Assembly (NCBI GenBank): GCA_025361445.1
Contig: JANYLP010000015.1
Span: 1 to 44,053, forward strand
Length of the DNA: 44,053 nucleotides
From: Coriobacteriia bacterium
GTDB taxonomy: Bacteria > Actinomycetota > Coriobacteriia > Anaerosomatales > PALSA-660
Direction: 5' to 3'
The notes under the pieces were generated by a model. The model saw only the letters and a program-made list of their open reading frames with translations. It was not told the origin of the DNA and ran no database searches. A program made the position numbers and the translations under genes. This document shows positions 28,764 to 39,151 of the stretch, one piece after another; positions within the stretch are counted from its first letter, which is position 1; each line of letters starts with the position of its first letter.

Positions 28764-29311
28764 CGCTTCCGCCGGGCCTCGCGGGCTTCGATCGCTTCCG
28801 TCTCCGAGTACCTGCACCCGCAGTAGTTCTGACGGTACATGCCGAGTTCCCTGCTGCGGCGCGTGGCTTCCCTGTAGCGATCGCGGAAGTCGGTCACCAC
28901 GAACGCGACACCCACCTCGGCGCACACATCCTCGCCGACCTCCCGGATTGAATCGGGGTCCTGATACGGGCTGACCGCGAGCGTCGTCGCGACGGCGTCA
29001 TACCCGAGTTCGGTAGCGTGACGCGCGGCCGCTCCCAGGCGCACGCGGAAGCAGGCGCGACAACGCTCGCCGCTCTCGCGATCGAGGCCCGCCACCGCGG
29101 CCTCCCACGCGTCCGTGTCGTAGTCGAGCTCGTCGACCACGACACCGTTCTCGGCGGCGTACGCGAGCAGCGTGTCACGCCTGCGCTCGTACTCCGCGCG
29201 CGGGTGGATGTTCGGGTTCGCGTAAACGACGCGCACCTCATGCTCGGCAGCCAGGGCGTCGTACGGCTCGAGCAGACAGGGACCGCAGCATGCGTGGAGG
29301 AGCAGCTTCAT
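28760..29311 (-). CDS. queH: Epoxyqueuosine reductase QueH (DUF208)
   Basis: LLLHACCGPC, NPNIHP..EY..R, RCRACF..RL and YRQNYCGC motifs. Confidence 0.95.
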   Translation of the reverse strand: MKLLLHACCGPCLLEPYDALAAEHEVRVVYANPNIHPRAEYERRRDTLLAYAAENGVVVDELDYDTDAWEAAVAGLDRESGERCRACFRVRLGAAARHATELGYDAVATTLAVSPYQDPDSIREVGEDVCAEVGVAFVVTDFRDRYREATRRSRELGMYRQNYCGCRYSETEAIEAREARRKR

Positions 29312-29348
29312 CAGTTACCTCATGTGCCGGCGACACGGCGCGCGGGAC

Positions 29349-30014
29349 TCATGCGCTGCCAACGAACGCCGCAACCAGCGAGGCGACGCCGAATAGGATG
29401 AAGATCACACCGGAGATGCGGGTGATCAGGCGCTCAGGTAGCTTCTTCCCGAGCACCGAACCCACGATGATCGCGACTCCATCGGCGATCATCATCCCGA
29501 CGGTCGACCCGAGCCATACTCCCCAGAAGGTGTCGCCACTCGTGAGGCCCTGAGCAGTCAGTCCGATCGACTTCAGGGCGCCTGCGATGGCCGGACCGGC
29601 GGAGCCGAACGTCCGAAGGACCGCAGCGGGATCAGCTGCGATGGTCATCGTCATGATCTGCGTCTTGTCGCCGAGCTCTGCGAGGAAGAATGCGATGCCG
29701 ACGGTGACTATCGGTCCGAACTTCGAGGTCCGTGCTCCGTCGTCGTCATCCTTGTCACCGCGCAGCGTCCAGATGCCGAAGCCGATGAACAGCAACCCCG
29801 TGACTATCGAGAGCCACAGCTTGGGGATCACATCGCCGATCAGCTGTCCGGCGACGGTAGAAAGCAGGTGGATGGCCAGCGTCGCGACAAAGATCCCCAC
29901 GAGCACCTGCCATGCCTTATAGCGGCACGCGAGCGCCAGCGCGAGCAGCTGCGTCTTGTCGCCGAGCTCCGCAAGCGTGATGAGGATCGTCGCTACCACG
30001 AACGCGTACAGCAC
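29349..30014 (-). CDS. TMEM165/GDT1 (UPF0016) Mn2+/Ca2+ transporter
   Basis: Two copies of the ELGDKTQ signature in a multi-TM protein. Confidence 0.93.
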   Translation of the reverse strand: MLYAFVVATILITLAELGDKTQLLALALACRYKAWQVLVGIFVATLAIHLLSTVAGQLIGDVIPKLWLSIVTGLLFIGFGIWTLRGDKDDDDGARTSKFGPIVTVGIAFFLAELGDKTQIMTMTIAADPAAVLRTFGSAGPAIAGALKSIGLTAQGLTSGDTFWGVWLGSTVGMMIADGVAIIVGSVLGKKLPERLITRISGVIFILFGVASLVAAFVGSA

Positions 30015-30062
30015 TCGTGCTCCTTGGTCGCCTCGGTCAGTGCCTCGATACGTGCGAGAGTC

Positions 30063-30911
30063 CTATGCGGTCTGTATCTCCGCAGCGGCCGCCGTGTTCG
30101 ACATAAGCATCGCCCGCGTCATGGGACCTACTCCACCGGGCACCGGTGTGATCGCCGAACAGATAGGCGCCACGGCCGCGAAGTCGACGTCGCCGACCAT
30201 TCCCGCGTCCGTGCGGTTGATGCCGACGTCGATAACGACGGCACCCTCGCGCACGTACTGCGCACCGATCATCATCGGACGACCGATCGCGGCCACCAGG
30301 ATGTCCGCCTCACGGCACACGCCCGGGAGATCGACCGTGCGGGAGTGACAGTAGGTGACCGTGCAATCACGCTCGAGCAACATGAGCCCCATCGGCTTGC
30401 CGACGAGCAGCGAGCGACCGATCACGACGGCGCGCTTGCCTTTAAGCTCGATACCGTAATGGTCGAGCATGCGCATTACCCCCCAAGGCGTGCAGGCGCG
30501 GTGACCCGGAAGACCACGCATCAGGCGACCGAGGTTCTCCTGATGGAAGCCGTCGACATCCTTCACGGGCGAGACGCGCGCTACGACGGCCTCGACGTCG
30601 AGATGCCGCGGGAAGGGCTGCTGAACCAGGATTCCGTGCACGTGCGGATCGGCGTTGAACCCGTCGATGACGTCGTGCAGGTCGGCTTGCGAGATATCGG
30701 CAGACAGGCGCGAGTCGAAGCTGCGGATGCCGATCCTCTCGCAGTCGCGTTCCTTCATCTTCACGTAGGACTGCGAAGCCGGGTCATCTCCGACGAGCAC
30801 GACGGCGAGACCCGGTATCACCCCACGGGCCCGAAGCGAAGCGACGCGTGCCGCGGTCTCTATCTCGACCGCTGCAGAGACCGTCTTGCCATCGATGATC
30901 ATGGGCGTCAT
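30063..30911 (-). CDS. folD: Bifunctional methylene-THF dehydrogenase/cyclohydrolase
   Basis: IIDGK, VGDDPAS..YV..K, KDVDG, CTP.G, VIGRS..VGKP, VIDVG and [11 protein letters not shown] motifs. Start at ATG 30911. Confidence 0.97.
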   Translation of the reverse strand: MTPMIIDGKTVSAAVEIETAARVASLRARGVIPGLAVVLVGDDPASQSYVKMKERDCERIGIRSFDSRLSADISQADLHDVIDGFNADPHVHGILVQQPFPRHLDVEAVVARVSPVKDVDGFHQENLGRLMRGLPGHRACTPWGVMRMLDHYGIELKGKRAVVIGRSLLVGKPMGLMLLERDCTVTYCHSRTVDLPGVCREADILVAAIGRPMMIGAQYVREGAVVIDVGINRTDAGMVGDVDFAAVAPICSAITPVPGGVGPMTRAMLMSNTAAAAEIQTA

Positions 30912-30966
30912 GAGGATGAAGGTCCTTCGTGCGCAGGGAAAGGACGGAGCACTCGCAGGGTAACCG

Positions 30967-32661
30967 CTAGAAGAGGCCGACGATGTTGCCGTCGGCGTCG
31001 ATGTCCACCTGCTCACCCGCGGGACGACTCGGCAGACCGGGCATCGTCATGATGTCACCGCACAGCGCGTAGAGGAACCCCGCACCGGCGGACAATCGGA
31101 TGTCGCGCACCGGCAGAGTCCACCCGCGAGGTCTACCCTTGCGGTCCGCGTCGTGGCTGAGCGACAGGTGCGTCTTCGCCATGCAGACCGGAAGGTGTCC
31201 GAAGCCCATCTCGACGAAGCGCGTGAGCGAGCGGATCGCCTCCTTGGAGAACTCCACGCCGTCCGCGCCGTAGACCCCGCGGGCGATCGACTCGACCTTC
31301 GCCTCGACCGGGTCCTCGTCAGCGTATGTCAGCGTCAGCTGCGAAGAGACTGTGCACGCGCAGGCGACCGCTTCGGCGAGCTCGATGCCGCCGTCGGCAC
31401 CGTCCGTATGCATCGTATGTGAGACGGCCCGGATGGCGCCGGCTTGCAGTGCCGCGGCCTTGATCAGGTCGTGCTCGGCGTTGGTGTCCGACGGGAATCT
31501 GTTCACGGCGACCACGACCGGGACACCGAAGCTCGCGACGTTCTCGATCTGCTTGACCAGGTTCGGCATGCCCTCCCGGACCGCCTCCAGGTCCTCGTAC
31601 GCCAGCCGCGGATCGAGCGGTTTGCCCGGCTGCACCTCGTAGTGGCCGGAGTGAGCCTTGAGCGCCCTGACCGTGCACACGAGCACCGCGCAGTCAGGCG
31701 CCAGGCCGCTCGTCCGGCACTTGATGTTGCAGAACTTCTCGAAGCCCATGTCCGCGCCGAAGCCGGCCTCGGTCACCGTGTAGTCGGCCAACTTGAGCGC
31801 GATGCGATCGGCGATGATCGAGGAGTTGCCATGTGCGATGTTGCCGAACGGGCCCGCATGGACGAAGACCGGGCCGCCGTCCATGTTCTGGAGCAGGTTC
31901 GGCATGATCGCCTCGCGCATCAGAACGGTCATCGCGCCCGCGACCTTCAGTCCCTCGGTCGTGACCGGCTTCCCCGACCGATCGGTGCCCACGACTATGC
32001 GCCCTATACGCGAGCGCAGATCTTGGAGGTCATCGGCAAGCGCCAGTACCGCCATCAGCTCGCTCGCGGATGTGATCTCGAAGCCCGTCTCGCGCGGAAC
32101 ACCACCGAACCGCCCCCCGAGTCCGATGACCACATCGCGAAGTGCGCGGTCCGAGATGTCGAGAACCCGCCGCCACGTGACCGCGTACGGATCGAGATCG
32201 ATCGCGGACCGGTGGTGCAGCGCGTTGTCGATGAAAGCTGCGCACAAGTCGTGTGCGGTGGTCACGGCGTGCGCATCACCGGTGAGATGCAGGTTCAGGT
32301 CGGTCATCGGCAGCACCTGCGAGTACCCACCGCCGGCCGCGCCGCCCTTGATGCCGAAGACCGGCCCCAGTGACGGCTGCCGGATGCACGTGAAGGCGCT
32401 TCGCCCGGTCCTCGCAAGCGCCTGACCCAGGCCCACCGTGGTGAGCGTCTTGCCTTCGCCGAGAGGCGTAGGCGTCATCGCCGTCACGACCACGTACTTG
32501 CCATCGGGCCGAGCAGCGAGGCTCTCCCCGATCGACAACCGGACTTTCGCCTTGTAGACCCCATATGGCTCGATGAACTGCGCGGCGATGCCCGCGCTGT
32601 CAGCGACCTCTGTGATCGGCAGGAGTTCCGCCCGCTGGGCGATCTCGACATCTGAAAGCAC
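30967..32661 (-). CDS. fhs: Formate--tetrahydrofolate ligase
   Basis: [55 protein letters not shown] and MTMPGLP motifs. Start GTG 32661 after a GGAAGG RBS. Confidence 0.97.
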   Translation of the reverse strand: MLSDVEIAQRAELLPITEVADSAGIAAQFIEPYGVYKAKVRLSIGESLAARPDGKYVVVTAMTPTPLGEGKTLTTVGLGQALARTGRSAFTCIRQPSLGPVFGIKGGAAGGGYSQVLPMTDLNLHLTGDAHAVTTAHDLCAAFIDNALHHRSAIDLDPYAVTWRRVLDISDRALRDVVIGLGGRFGGVPRETGFEITSASELMAVLALADDLQDLRSRIGRIVVGTDRSGKPVTTEGLKVAGAMTVLMREAIMPNLLQNMDGGPVFVHAGPFGNIAHGNSSIIADRIALKLADYTVTEAGFGADMGFEKFCNIKCRTSGLAPDCAVLVCTVRALKAHSGHYEVQPGKPLDPRLAYEDLEAVREGMPNLVKQIENVASFGVPVVVAVNRFPSDTNAEHDLIKAAALQAGAIRAVSHTMHTDGADGGIELAEAVACACTVSSQLTLTYADEDPVEAKVESIARGVYGADGVEFSKEAIRSLTRFVEMGFGHLPVCMAKTHLSLSHDADRKGRPRGWTLPVRDIRLSAGAGFLYALCGDIMTMPGLPSRPAGEQVDIDADGNIVGLF

Positions 32662-32836
32662 GTTGTTCCCTTCCACTATCTATGGCCGCGCTCGGCGTAC
32701 AGACGACGCCGTGGCCCGCGTGGCATTCTATCTTGGTCCGCACAAGGCAACATGCGTCGTGCCGTGCCGGGTTCGGGTAGACAATACCCGTACGCGAACG
32801 ACCTTGGATTCGATTCCTCTTCTGTCAGGAGATCTC

Positions 32837-33175
32837 ATGGCCGATGCCCCGCTCATCACGCTCGTCGGCGATTTCGCCGCGGCAAGCGATTTCGAGAAGA
32901 AGCACACACCCTTCATCACGCTGGCGCCACAGGGCGAGGGAGTCCTCGTCAACATCGAGGTCGGGCACGAAGTGCCGCACCCCAACGGGACCGACCACTA
33001 CATCACGTTCATCGAGCTATACGCGGGGATGGTTCCGATCGCGCGACTGGACGTCTCCCCCATCGTCACCCGACCACGCTTCTGCGTGCCGGTCGACCTT
33101 CCCGCCGGCACAGTTCTGCGCGCCGTATCGCACTGCAACCTTCACGGATGGTGGGCGTTCGAGGCCACGCTGTAG
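32837..33175 (+). CDS. 1Fe superoxide reductase (neelaredoxin / class II SORL)
   Basis: EKKHTP, VPHP...DHYI and CNLHGWW iron ligands; AGGAG RBS before ATG 32837. Confidence 0.9.
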   Translation: MADAPLITLVGDFAAASDFEKKHTPFITLAPQGEGVLVNIEVGHEVPHPNGTDHYITFIELYAGMVPIARLDVSPIVTRPRFCVPVDLPAGTVLRAVSHCNLHGWWAFEATL

Positions 33176-33196
33176 TAGACCGTTCGCGAACAGGAA

Positions 33197-33230
33197 GAGA
33201 GGGCGCCTGCCGGGTGGTGGGCGCCCTCTC
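33197..33230 (-). terminator. Intrinsic terminator between convergent SOR and ruvB
   Basis: gagagggcgcc...ggcgccctctc 11-bp stem, followed on the minus strand by ttcctgtt. Confidence 0.65.
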
Positions 33231-33248
33231 GATGTGCGCGATGTCCGG

Positions 33249-34322
33249 CTAGAACAGACCGCCCTGACCCTCCGCGGCACCCCCGGGAAGCTTGAGCCCG
33301 AGGTGCTCATAGGCGCGCGGGGTCGCCTGGCGGCCCTTGGGCGTACGCATGATGAACCCGAGCTGGAGCAGGAACGGCTCGTAGACATCCTCGAGCGTGT
33401 CCGGCTCCTCACCCACGGAGGCGGCGAGTGTCCCGAGGCCGACAGGCTTGCCCGAGAACTTCGTCGTCAGCGTCTCGAGTATCCGCACATCCATCTTGTC
33501 GAGACCGAGATGATCGACTTCGAAGAAGGCCAGCGCCTCGGCCGCGATGTCTTCCGTCACATGACCGCTGTGGCGGACCTGTGCGTAGTCGCGCACCCGC
33601 TTGAGCAGGCGGTTAGCCAGGCGTGGCGTCCCGCGGCCTCGACGTGCGATCTCGGCCGCTCCCGCCTCATCGATCTGCACACCGAGGATCCCGGCAGAAC
33701 GTCGAACGATCGCCTCGAGATCCTCGGTCGCATAGTAGTCGAGGCGGAACGACATCCCGAACCGGTCGCGCAGAGGGCCGGTGAGCAAGCCCGTCCGGGT
33801 CGTGGCACCGACGAGCGTGAACCGCGGGATGTCGAGCCGCAGCGAGCGGGCGGCGGGGCCCTTGCCGATGACGACGTCAAGGACGAAGTCCTCCATGGCC
33901 GGGTAGAGGACCTCTTCCACCGAGTGGTTCAGCCGGTGTATCTCATCGATGAACAGCACGTCGCGCTCTTCGAGGTTCGTGAGTATCGCCGCGAGGTCGC
34001 CGGGCCGCTCGATCGCGGGGCCGCTGGTCGTGCGCATCGTCACGCCGAGCTCGTTGGCGATGACGCCCGCGAGCGTCGTCTTGCCCAGCCCGGGAGGGCC
34101 GGAGAGCAGCACGTGGTCGAGCGGCTCGTTGCGGCCCGACGCCGCCTCGATCAGCACGGAAAGCGACTCCTTGACCTTCGCCTGCCCGAGGTACTCCGAG
34201 ATGCGCTTGGGCCGCAGCGAGCGGTCGATCTCAAGATCGTCGGTCGTGTAGCGGGCCGAAACCAGGCGCTCGTCGGCGTCCCCCTCGCCCGCGGTCCACT
34301 CCGATGAGACGGGTTCGGTCAT
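33249..34322 (-). CDS. ruvB: Holliday junction branch migration helicase RuvB
   Basis: [32 protein letters not shown] and RGTPR motifs. Confidence 0.99.
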   Translation of the reverse strand: MTEPVSSEWTAGEGDADERLVSARYTTDDLEIDRSLRPKRISEYLGQAKVKESLSVLIEAASGRNEPLDHVLLSGPPGLGKTTLAGVIANELGVTMRTTSGPAIERPGDLAAILTNLEERDVLFIDEIHRLNHSVEEVLYPAMEDFVLDVVIGKGPAARSLRLDIPRFTLVGATTRTGLLTGPLRDRFGMSFRLDYYATEDLEAIVRRSAGILGVQIDEAGAAEIARRGRGTPRLANRLLKRVRDYAQVRHSGHVTEDIAAEALAFFEVDHLGLDKMDVRILETLTTKFSGKPVGLGTLAASVGEEPDTLEDVYEPFLLQLGFIMRTPKGRQATPRAYEHLGLKLPGGAAEGQGGLF

Positions 34323-34903
34323 CAGCGGCCTCCCAAAGCCTTGAGGGCCAGCCGGAGCAACTGCTCCGCGGTCGCACCCTCATCTGCATCGCGCAGCGCC
34401 GCTGCCGCCTCGACAGCGGTGAAGCCCATGGACAGAAGCGCGTCGCGCGCCTCAGCGACGGCCGCTGCGCGCGGACCGCGTGCTCCTGCGGCCAGGTCCG
34501 GCAGATCGAGCTTGTCCTTGAGCTCCAGCGCGAGGCGCTGGGCCGTCTTCTTGCCCACGCCCGGCACGCTTGAGAGCACGGCGACGTCATCCGACGCGAC
34601 CGCCGATCGCAAGGCGTCCGGCCGCAGGGCCGAGAGCACGGCGAGCGCCACCTTCGGTCCGACCCCGCTCACTCCGATCAGGGTCTCGAAGAGCACGCGC
34701 TCGTCGTCGTTCTCGAACCCGTAGAGCGTGAGCTCGTCCTCACGCACGTGGAGGTACGTATGGACAGTGACGCTGTCACCCTCCGCGGGGAGCGACGACA
34801 GCGACCGCGTCGACATGAGCAGTCGGTAGCCGACTCCACCGACATCCAGAAGAGCCGAACCGGCGCTCTTTCCCGCGACCCTGCCGGTCAGAAACGCGAT
34901 CAC
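34322..34903 (-). CDS. ruvA: Holliday junction branch migration protein RuvA
   Basis: [25 protein letters not shown] and [10 protein letters not shown] motifs. Confidence 0.98.
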   Translation of the reverse strand: MIAFLTGRVAGKSAGSALLDVGGVGYRLLMSTRSLSSLPAEGDSVTVHTYLHVREDELTLYGFENDDERVLFETLIGVSGVGPKVALAVLSALRPDALRSAVASDDVAVLSSVPGVGKKTAQRLALELKDKLDLPDLAAGARGPRAAAVAEARDALLSMGFTAVEAAAALRDADEGATAEQLLRLALKALGGR

Positions 34904-35409
34904 GACGCCTCCTTTCCGCGCGAGCGAGCGCGCGCGATCCGCTGGTTCGCATGACAGATCGCGGCCGCGAGGGCGTCCGCGGCGTGGTCGGGCTTGGGAT
35001 CGTGGTCGAGCGCGAGGATCGTTCGCACCATGTACGTGACCTGCGCCTTGTCAGCGGAACCGGAGCCGACGACGGCAAGCTTGATCTCACCGGGGCCGTA
35101 CTCGCCCACAGTGAGTGCGGCATCGGCGACAGCAACCAGAGCCGCGCCGCGGGCCTGGCCCGTAGCCATCGCGGTCGCGACGTTGCGGTTGAAGTAGATG
35201 TTCTCGAGCGCAGCCTCGGATGGCCGGTGACGCACGATCACGTCGGTCAGGCCGTCGCGCACCGTCTTGCATCGACGCGCCAGGTCATCCTGGGAGTTGC
35301 TCCGGATGCATCCGTACGCCAGACAGCGGAACCGCGGGCCATCGACTTCCACGACCCCCCACCCCGTGTTCGCGAGGCCGGGGTCGATCCCGAGTATCAC
35401 CACAGGCAC
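34900..35409 (-). CDS. ruvC: Crossover junction endodeoxyribonuclease RuvC
   Basis: ILGIDPG..TGWG, ALE..Y, GQARG, G.A.K.QV and DHAADALA motifs. Start probably GTG 35409 or 35403 after GGGGAG; the track ATG at 35442 lies inside the LexA box. Confidence 0.97.
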   Translation of the reverse strand: MPVVILGIDPGLANTGWGVVEVDGPRFRCLAYGCIRSNSQDDLARRCKTVRDGLTDVIVRHRPSEAALENIYFNRNVATAMATGQARGAALVAVADAALTVGEYGPGEIKLAVVGSGSADKAQVTYMVRTILALDHDPKPDHAADALAAAICHANQRIARARSRGKEAS

Positions 35410-35435
35410 GAGACTCCCCCGCAGACGTCGGCAAT

Positions 35436-35454
35436 CGAACATATGTTCAGTCTA
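35436..35454 (-). promoter_or_regulatory. LexA (SOS) box GAAC-ATAT-GTTC adjacent to the ruvCAB -10 (TAGACT, 35449-35454)
   Basis: Perfect palindrome GAACATATGTTC at 35437-35448 matching the Gram-positive/actinobacterial CGAAC-N4-GTTCG consensus; covers the predicted transcription start. Confidence 0.85.
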
Positions 35455-35470
35455 CGGCACGGCACCGACA

Positions 35471-35512
35471 CAAAGCAAAGCGAAGGGCGCCCGTCGCACG
35501 GGCGCCCTTCGC
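35471..35512 (-). terminator. Intrinsic terminator of yebC
   Basis: gcgaagggcgcccgt-cgc-acgggcgcccttcgc 15-bp stem, followed by tttgctttg on the minus strand. Confidence 0.8.
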
Positions 35513-35535
35513 GCACACCGGAATACGGTCGAGGA

Positions 35536-36294
35536 TCAGTCGGCGTCGAGCGCTGCTGCGATCTCCTCTGTCATCTCCATGTTGTGGTAGACCTCCTGGA
35601 CGTCGTCGCTGTCCTCGAGGTTGTCGATGAGCCGCATGACCTTGCGCACCGTCTCGAGCTTCACCGCGACCGGCGTCAGAGCGCGCATCGACCACTCGGC
35701 GCCCTCCACTTCGATCCCGGCCGCCTCGAGCGCGTTCTTCACGCTCATGAGATCGTTCGCCGCCGTCACGACGATGAACTCCTCGTCGTTGTCCTCGAGA
35801 TCCTCCCCGCCGGCCTCCATGACCGCCATGAGGAGTTCTTCTTCGTCCGGAGCGCCGGCCTTGGCGACCACGATCTCACCGCGGCGCTCGAACTGGAACG
35901 CGACGGATCCGGTCGCACCGAGCGAACCGCCAGCGCGCGTGAACGCAGCACGGACGTCAGCGGCGGTGCGGTTACGGTTGTCCGTCAGCGCTTCCACGTA
36001 GATGGCCGTTCCGCCGGAGCCGTAGCCCTCGTAGATGACCTCTTCGTAGTTCGCGCCGGCGCTGGCGCTGAATGCCTTGTCGATCGCGGTCTGGATCTTG
36101 TCTTTCGGAAGCGAATAGCCCTTCGCCTTCACGATGGCGGCGGCCAGTGAGGCGTTGTTCTCAGGCTTGGGGTCGCCGCCGGTCTTCGCGGCGACGGTGA
36201 TGATGCGCGCGAGCTTGCTGAAGAGTTTGGATCGCTTGGCATCCACAGCACCCTTGCGGTGCTTGGTGGTCGCCCACTTGGAGTGTCCCGACAT
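35536..36294 (-). CDS. yebC: YebC/PmpR family protein
   Basis: MSGHSKWATTKHRK, YEGYG.GG, LTDNRNRT and DDVQEVYHN motifs. Start at ATG 36294. Confidence 0.97.
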   Translation of the reverse strand: MSGHSKWATTKHRKGAVDAKRSKLFSKLARIITVAAKTGGDPKPENNASLAAAIVKAKGYSLPKDKIQTAIDKAFSASAGANYEEVIYEGYGSGGTAIYVEALTDNRNRTAADVRAAFTRAGGSLGATGSVAFQFERRGEIVVAKAGAPDEEELLMAVMEAGGEDLEDNDEEFIVVTAANDLMSVKNALEAAGIEVEGAEWSMRALTPVAVKLETVRKVMRLIDNLEDSDDVQEVYHNMEMTEEIAAALDAD

Positions 36295-36415
36295 GCGCGG
36301 CGCCTCTCTCTCTTCTTCGAACGCGCGCATGCGTGCGCGCGGGAGGATGACCGTCGACAAGGATACCCGAACGCGAGCGATGAGGCGGCGCGAGACGCTC
36401 GGTGAGCCGCGGCGA

Positions 36416-37003
36416 CTACGCCCGGGGCGATCCCACGACCTGCTCGACGAACAGCCGGTGTATCCGGGGATCCCCGGTCAGTTCGGGATGGAACGTGGTC
36501 GCCATCAGATCGCCCTCGCGCGCGGCGACGATGCGTCCGGCATGCCGCGCGAGAGCCTCGACGCCTTCTCCGACGCTCTCGATCCACGGTGCGCGGATGA
36601 ACACACCCGTGTAGGGACCGCCCGAAAGCCCGGAGACGTCCAGCCCGACTTCGAACGACTCGGACTGCCGGCCGTAGGCGTTACGCCGAACGGCGATGTC
36701 CATGAGCCCGAGAGTCCGCTGCCCCGGAAGCGCATCCAGCACGCTGCGCGCGAGCAGTATCGCCCCGGCACACGTTCCCCAGATCGCCATTCCCTCTTCG
36801 TGGCGGCGCGCCACGGCCTCGTAGAAGCCGTATGTCTCCATCAACTTGCCGATGGCGGTCGACTCCCCGCCGGGGATGACGAGACCGTCGCAGCCGTCCA
36901 GTTGCTCGGGCAACCGGACCGCGAGCGCAGTCACACCCAGCGCCTCGAGAGAGACGATGTGCTCGCGAAAGGCTCCCTGCAGCGCGAGGACGCCGACCTT
37001 CAC
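36416..37003 (-). CDS. pdxT: Pyridoxal 5'-phosphate synthase glutaminase subunit
   Basis: GVLALQG..REH, PGGEST, GTCAG, RNAYGRQ, FIRAP and FHPE motifs. GTG start 37003. Confidence 0.97.
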   Translation of the reverse strand: MKVGVLALQGAFREHIVSLEALGVTALAVRLPEQLDGCDGLVIPGGESTAIGKLMETYGFYEAVARRHEEGMAIWGTCAGAILLARSVLDALPGQRTLGLMDIAVRRNAYGRQSESFEVGLDVSGLSGGPYTGVFIRAPWIESVGEGVEALARHAGRIVAAREGDLMATTFHPELTGDPRIHRLFVEQVVGSPRA

Positions 37004-37004
37004 G

Positions 37005-37895
37005 CTACCAGCCACGCTCCTGCATACGCTCGGCGGGCGGGATGTCGGAGATGTTGATGCCGACCATGGCCTCGCCGAGGTTGCGGGAGACGCGCGCGAT
37101 GATCTCAGCATCCTCGAAGTGCGTCGTGGCCTCGACGATCGCCTTGGCGCGCTTGGACGGGTCGCCGCTCTTGAAGATGCCGCTCCCGACGAAGACGCCG
37201 TCGCAGCCGAGCTGCATCATGAGAGCCGCATCGGCGGGGGTCGCGATCCCACCGGCGGAGAAGTTCACGACCGGCAGCTTCCGGTTCTCGGCGACCCACT
37301 TCACGAGATCGTACGGAGCCTGAAGGTCCTTGGCCGCAGCGAAGAGTTGCTCGGGACGCAACCCGGAGAGCCAGGAGATCTCATCGGTGACGGCACGGAT
37401 GTGCCGGACCGCTTCGACGACGTTGCCCGTGCCGGGCTCGCCCTTGGTGCGGACCATCGAAGCACCCTCACCGATCCGGCGCAGCGCCTCGCCAAGATTG
37501 CGGCATCCGCACACGAACGGGACGGTGAAGTCCCACTTGTTCACGTGGTGCTCTTCGTCGGCCGGGGTCAGCACCTCGGACTCGTCGATGTAATCGACGC
37601 CGAGCGACTGCAGTATCTGGGCCTCAACGAAGTGGCCTATGCGGCACTTCGCCATGACGGGAATGGAGACGGCGCCCACGATCGCCTCGGTGATGGTCGG
37701 GTCGGCCATGCGGGCAACGCCGCCGGACGCGCGGATGTCGGCCGGCACGCGCTCCAGGGCCATTACGGCTACGGCGCCCGCATCCTCGGCGATCTTGGCC
37801 TGTTCGACGTTGACGACGTCCATGATGACGCCGCCCTTGAGCATCTCGGCGAGGCCGGTCTTCACCCGCAGGGTCCCGGTGGTGGCGTCACTCAT
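37005..37895 (-). CDS. pdxS: Pyridoxal 5'-phosphate synthase lyase subunit
   Basis: [35 protein letters not shown] and [10 protein letters not shown] motifs. AAGGAG RBS before ATG 37895. Confidence 0.98.
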   Translation of the reverse strand: MSDATTGTLRVKTGLAEMLKGGVIMDVVNVEQAKIAEDAGAVAVMALERVPADIRASGGVARMADPTITEAIVGAVSIPVMAKCRIGHFVEAQILQSLGVDYIDESEVLTPADEEHHVNKWDFTVPFVCGCRNLGEALRRIGEGASMVRTKGEPGTGNVVEAVRHIRAVTDEISWLSGLRPEQLFAAAKDLQAPYDLVKWVAENRKLPVVNFSAGGIATPADAALMMQLGCDGVFVGSGIFKSGDPSKRAKAIVEATTHFEDAEIIARVSRNLGEAMVGINISDIPPAERMQERGW

Positions 37896-38058
37896 GATTC
37901 TGGATCTCCTTCGTGACTGGTCGCTTCCAACGCGGCGTTCGCGTCCGATCACGGCCAGGTCGCTGTCGGGCGAATGGATATGTCAGTCTAGCGCCCGCCT
38001 CCCGCCACAACAACCGCCGCGCGGACCCCGAACCGCACCAAAGGACGCGGGAAGCGCG

Positions 38059-39096
38059 CTACTTCGACGAGATCGCCTGCGTGGTCGAGATGACCTGGAT
38101 CCACGTGTTGCCGGGATCGAGCTTGATCGTGGAACCGTCCGCCGCCACGAAACGCGGGGGCGCATCCGTCCCCGCCGTCCACGTGCCGTCCACGCGCTGG
38201 CCGCCGATGAACACCGCGGCCTTCCCGGTTCCTGCGAGCTTGATGTCGACCACGTTGTGCTTGTCGCCCGGCCACGGCGTGATCTTGGCCCAGATCACGA
38301 CCAGATTGCGAGCGGTGAGCTGCTTCCCCGAGACCGCGTCCTTGTGGGCCTTACCGTTGATCGACCGCGCGTAGGTGCGCAGCGCGGTGTCATAGCGCCA
38401 CGTGACCGTGTCCATTCCCGACATCGGAACGGTCACGAGCTTCACGGTCGGAGTCGCCGTCTGTGACGCGGGAGCGAAGTCGAAACCCATCACGGTCTCG
38501 GTCGCCGCATATCCGCGCTTGCTCACGGCGAACCCGCGGAGCTTGGTGATGTCCAGATACATGTTGTGCGGTGCGGCGCGGTCCTTCGATCGCGAGTACG
38601 ACGCAGGATTGAAGAACTGGTCCATGTCGTTGTACTTCGTCTTGTCCGACGCGAGGATCGTGCGCACCGACTGCGGACCGCCAACGTGGGCCAGGATCGA
38701 GTGGTACTGCTGGATCAGGAACAGGTCCGGCGGGCGGCAGGAACGGACGGGACCGACGACCGGCGGGACCTGCGACTGGAACAGCGCATGGAACCGGGTG
38801 ATGCCGCCCTCGGCGATCACCTCGTAGACGACGTCGGCCTTGTCGAGCCCGGTCTGGGGACGCGCCGCAGGCGAGTTCTCGATCTTGACCGAAGCCACTC
38901 GGATCGACACTGCCTCAGCGGACGGCGCGGGAAGACCGGTCAACGGCCACTTGAGCGTGCCGGCGGGCTGCGGGACCGTGCGTTCCGCTGTGGCGGTCGG
39001 CCAGACGGCCTCAACGGTCTTCGGCGCCTCGCACCCGGCGAGAAGCACGAGTGCGAGAAGGGCTGAGAGTGTGGTCGCGATGACGCGGCGGCTCAT
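38059..39096 (-). CDS. DUF3048 (YerB-like) lipoprotein
   Basis: Lipobox LLAG-C; WPLTG, VKIENS..ARPQ.GL..AD.VYE...[18 protein letters not shown] and GNTW motifs. Extended -10 TGcTATCCT at 39136-39144. Confidence 0.88.
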   Translation of the reverse strand: MSRRVIATTLSALLALVLLAGCEAPKTVEAVWPTATAERTVPQPAGTLKWPLTGLPAPSAEAVSIRVASVKIENSPAARPQTGLDKADVVYEVIAEGGITRFHALFQSQVPPVVGPVRSCRPPDLFLIQQYHSILAHVGGPQSVRTILASDKTKYNDMDQFFNPASYSRSKDRAAPHNMYLDITKLRGFAVSKRGYAATETVMGFDFAPASQTATPTVKLVTVPMSGMDTVTWRYDTALRTYARSINGKAHKDAVSGKQLTARNLVVIWAKITPWPGDKHNVVDIKLAGTGKAAVFIGGQRVDGTWTAGTDAPPRFVAADGSTIKLDPGNTWIQVISTTQAISSK

Positions 39097-39151
39097 GATG
39101 GCTTGGTCGCCTCCGGAAGAGTCGGGGTTTTCCGCAGGATAGCACGCACGC

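Noticed and set aside
30015-30062. yybP-ykoY manganese riboswitch upstream of the UPF0016 transporter
   Set aside because: The 48-nt gap is too short and shows no matching motif.
32662-32724. ZMP/ZTP or THF riboswitch upstream of fhs-folD
   Set aside because: The leader is about 60 nt with one small hairpin and lacks the conserved aptamer motifs.
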